From Octopus sinensis (Eukaryota): a stretch of DNA of 21,474 bases. Shown in pieces: positions 18,660-21,474 of the stretch. Positions within the stretch are counted from its first letter, which is position 1, and the number at the start of each line of letters is the position of its first letter. The position numbers were made by a program, and so were the translations under genes. The stretch spans positions 1 to 21,474 of the forward strand of contig NW_021823731.1 in NCBI RefSeq assembly GCF_006345805.1. Reading direction: 5' to 3'. The notes below the pieces were generated by a model that was not told where the DNA came from, did no database searches, and saw nothing but the letters and a program-made list of their open reading frames with translations.

Positions 18660-19745
18660 TTATTTGTCAAAATAAAAGAAAGCAAAAGATTGACGTCCAG
18701 GAATAATTCCAAAAACCATCAAAGAATTGTCTGAAACATCCAAACCAAGAACTTCAGAGACTTCATTATCATCATTTCTGAGGAGTAAATATTTTGGATT
18801 ATCTTTTAATCCCAGGATTTCATCATCTTCAGATGTTTCCTCTTCAATATGTCGAGGTATTTCGTAAATATTGTTTATTGAATCTGTTGTATAAACACAT
18901 TCACCAATTATGGTCAGACGAGGTCTTGCAGTATAATAATATCCCAGACCATAAAACCTTCCTTCTTCTATTCTTATCCTCCTCACCAAAGACTTTTCCC
19001 TGAACCATTCCACAAAACACAAAACTTCCCAAATTCCAGACTCCTCCTTCTTCTTCATCTCCCTCCTCACAACAACAACATCACCAAAAGATGTGACTCC
19101 CACACCATCCACCCCTTCATCTCCCTCAAACCTTCCCCATCTCCTCATCTTCCCACGACACACTTCATCTTTACATTTCCCATCTTTGATATCAACCACA
19201 TCCACATAATAAGGGTCAAAGATGTCAGGGTCTTTGCAAAAATAGTAATCCTTGTTGTTTCTCCATTCTTTTTTGTATTTCATGTGTCTCTCTTCTTGGG
19301 TTATGTCTCTAATATCGTGACCACCACACACGAGTTGATTGTCGTTGTATTTATAAATCCTGTTGTAGTATTTCTCAGTTCTGATGGTTTTTAAACGACG
19401 GAGATCCCTGTTGAAGACCCTCATTTCTCTCCCAAAGGCGACAATGAAACATTCCTCTGTACACCAACATATGTCCAGTGGTGTTCGTTGTTGTTGTTCA
19501 TGTTGAAGTATGTCCACTGTTGTTGTTGTTGTTGTTCTGATTAATGTGACACTTTCTCGAAATATCAACACACTCACATTCTCATCTAACTTAATTAGTT
19601 TACTGTTCCGGTCCCTAATGTCCCTCAAATCATAATCAACAGGTTCCTCGAATGCAGGAATGGAAAAAGGGACCATTGCTGTCCTATATGGAAGTCTCCT
19701 CACTGATATTTCATCAATTCCTGAATTATTAATCTCACTATGTAA
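18660..19745 (-). CDS. Beta-propeller (NHL/TRIM C-terminal-like) module 3; probable 3' end of a larger gene
   Basis: Stop-free frame of ~360 codons with propeller-like strands (PLDICWCTEECFIVAFGREMRVFNRDLRRLKTI; YNRIYKYNDNQLVCGG; VDGVGVTSFGDVVVV; SEVLGLDVSDNSLMVFG). The first Met is at 19676. An ATTAAA poly(A)-signal variant lies at 18645-18640, followed by a U/GU-rich tract. Confidence 0.6.
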   Translation of the reverse strand, partial: LHSEINNSGIDEISVRRLPYRTAMVPFSIPAFEEPVDYDLRDIRDRNSKLIKLDENVSVLIFRESVTLIRTTTTTTVDILQHEQQQRTPLDICWCTEECFIVAFGREMRVFNRDLRRLKTIRTEKYYNRIYKYNDNQLVCGGHDIRDITQEERHMKYKKEWRNNKDYYFCKDPDIFDPYYVDVVDIKDGKCKDEVCRGKMRRWGRFEGDEGVDGVGVTSFGDVVVVRREMKKKEESGIWEVLCFVEWFREKSLVRRIRIEEGRFYGLGYYYTARPRLTIIGECVYTTDSINNIYEIPRHIEEETSEDDEILGLKDNPKYLLLRNDDNEVSEVLGLDVSDNSLMVFGIIPGRQSFAFFYFDK

Positions 19746-20342
19746 TTACCACATCTCACCTTTAATCTACCTTTACCAATTATTTCACCTGATTTACCTC
19801 TTCTTCTTCCTCCTCCATCTCCATCTCCTCCTCTGTATTCCAATTTATAATTAATTCATTACTGAATATTTCCTTGTTCGTTTCAGATGTAATGGAAGGG
19901 AAACGAAGACCAGAATCAACATTAATAACGACACAGATTCCAGAATGTTCACTTGGTCCCCATCAATCTTTATGCAATGACATTCAATCAATTCATTATG
20001 TACACACCAGTAAATACCCGCCACTTTTCTCCATATTACACCATAAGGGATGAGACTCGACCAAACTTGAGATGTCTGCAAATCTTCTCCATTCAGTTGA
20101 AATATTTCTTTCCTTTTAGGAACCGTGGCCATTATGTGTGATTCTTGTGTAAAACACACACCACCAACTAAACTTGCAACATTTCTGTGACGTAGCAACT
20201 GGCCGTCTTCATCGAATATTTAAACATTTCCATTATTGGCTTTTTCACACACAACTGTCTTTCCTTCCTCAGAGACATCAAAATCTTTTACTTGAACAGG
20301 ACATTCGTCTGTTTGTAAACGAGCAACCGGAAGCTGTCTCGA
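19746..20342 (-). pseudogene. Disrupted partial beta-propeller module 2 plus acidic linker
   Basis: RQLPVARLQTDECPVQVKDFDVSEEGKTVVCEKANNGNV*IFDEDGQLLRHRNVASLVGGVCFTQESHIMAT.. has an in-frame TAA at 20222-20220 (module 1 reads RNIKIFTLDGHLL here). Inferred frameshifts near 19925, 19800 and 19745 link through EEEMEMEEEEE..GEIIGKGRLKVRC. Confidence 0.5.
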
Positions 20343-21474
20343 TCACCATAAACAACCCTTCAACATACAATTCATTCTCTCTTCCCCATTTCCCAAGGCT
20401 TCCAACAAACCTTGGTCCTTTACAGTCTATACTGGAGAAAAGTACTGTATGTTTATAAATTCTTTTATTTAGAAATATTCTCTTGTATTCCCCATTCTGG
20501 GTCAAACACAAAATGTTTCGATATCTAGATGGACCTAAACATTTCTCCCAGTCACCATGAATGTACAAAAAACTGTCATCAATTGTCATCCTGTCATCAT
20601 CAACACCAAAAATATCCTTCATGTAGTGTCTGACTGAATGTAAATATTGACCACCACTGTTGAAGAAAATTATGAATCTCCAGTTGAAGACAATGATGAC
20701 ATCTTCATCAGTAACTTTAATATCATGGATTATATCAGAATAACTTCCATCTTCTCTTCTCCATATTAATGGTTCAGGTATGTCTATTTTTTTTATTTCC
20801 TTCACACTCGAATGTATTTCATCAATATCAACAAAATGCAAATGTCTTTCATCTCCCTCTTCACTCAAAACCAGTTGATTATTTGATAAAGAAGCCACAC
20901 AATGATATTTATTTCTCGTTTTGTAAATTACCAACGACAATGGAAATTCCACTTTTAATGTCCACAGTTGGTGTTTATTATTATAAGAAGGATCCCCAGT
21001 CGTAATGACCAGTGTGTTTGACTGCCATTGACACATTTTAATACTATGATAAACATTCACTTTGATTGAATCCAATAGGTGACCATCCAATGTGAATATC
21101 TTAATGTTTCTATTCCTCTCGTCCCATCCTGCAATCAGATTATTTTCAGTAAGAACCAAACGATTAATCCTCGCTGGTCTTTTGTCTCCCAAATGTTTAG
21201 GGAGAGGAATATGTCTGGCTTTATCAGAAACTGTCAGGTCCTGTAGATATAAAGTGGAAGACAACATTTCACTGAGAGAAATGTGTCTGGAAAATACATC
21301 CACCAGGTCGATATAATAATTAAGTTGATTATTAGTAACGAGATCATTAACCACCAAATTATGATCGTTTATGGCAACATACGGCTTCTGTCTATCAGAT
21401 AAACAGACGTTTGGTCAATAGATCCACCTTGGAGACTGAGGGGACGTTTCACTTGGGACATTAAAACACTGGGG
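20278..21474 (-). CDS. Beta-propeller (NHL/TRIM C-terminal-like) module 1; 5' end lies beyond the window
   Basis: 359-aa ORF with LVLTENNLIAGWDERNRNIKIFTLDGHLLDSI, MCQWQSNTLVIT, CVASLSNNQLVLS, IHDIKVTDEDVIIV and IIFFNSGGQYLHSV. The same frame stays open to the window edge except for one TGA at 21417-21415. Confidence 0.62.

Noticed and set aside
21415-21417. In-frame TGA as possible selenocysteine or readthrough
   Set aside because: I recognised no SECIS-like element and no Cys/redox context, and the same locus has other lesions, so a nonsense mutation or error is simpler.
1-21474. CRISPR arrays, rRNA, intact tRNA genes, prokaryotic operons
   Set aside because: I saw none; all repeats are eukaryotic microsatellites or transposon-derived.

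Overview
AT-rich, microsatellite-dense eukaryotic DNA, most likely from an octopus (inferred from SINE families I recognise and the repeat landscape). About the first 15.4 kb is transposon-derived. It contains a Helitron Rep fragment, an internally deleted CR1/L2-group LINE, three tRNA-derived SINEs and two (GAT)n-tailed retroposons. It also contains a Merlin-like non-autonomous element with an 8-bp TSD, a mariner MITE and a perfect 201-bp foldback element. The centrepiece is a young ~6.2-kb Penelope-like retroelement (PLE) at 9176-15385. Its minus-strand RT + C-terminal GIY-YIG ORF (~710 aa, four small frameshifts) is flanked by ~1.3-kb direct pseudo-LTRs, and an inverted third copy follows. 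Each of the three repeat copies carries a 38-nt minimal type-I hammerhead ribozyme with an unusual A.A pair at the base of stem II. A candidate 75-nt intron crosses the pseudo-LTR boundary. Further right are a candidate RFX X-box promoter with a mini first exon, an ~800-bp (GAT/GAC)n array, and a ~2.8-kb intronless minus-strand region encoding tandem NHL/beta-propeller-like modules that runs off the right edge. Scattered 1-nt indels between near-identical repeat copies suggest assembly errors, so frameshifts should be read cautiously.
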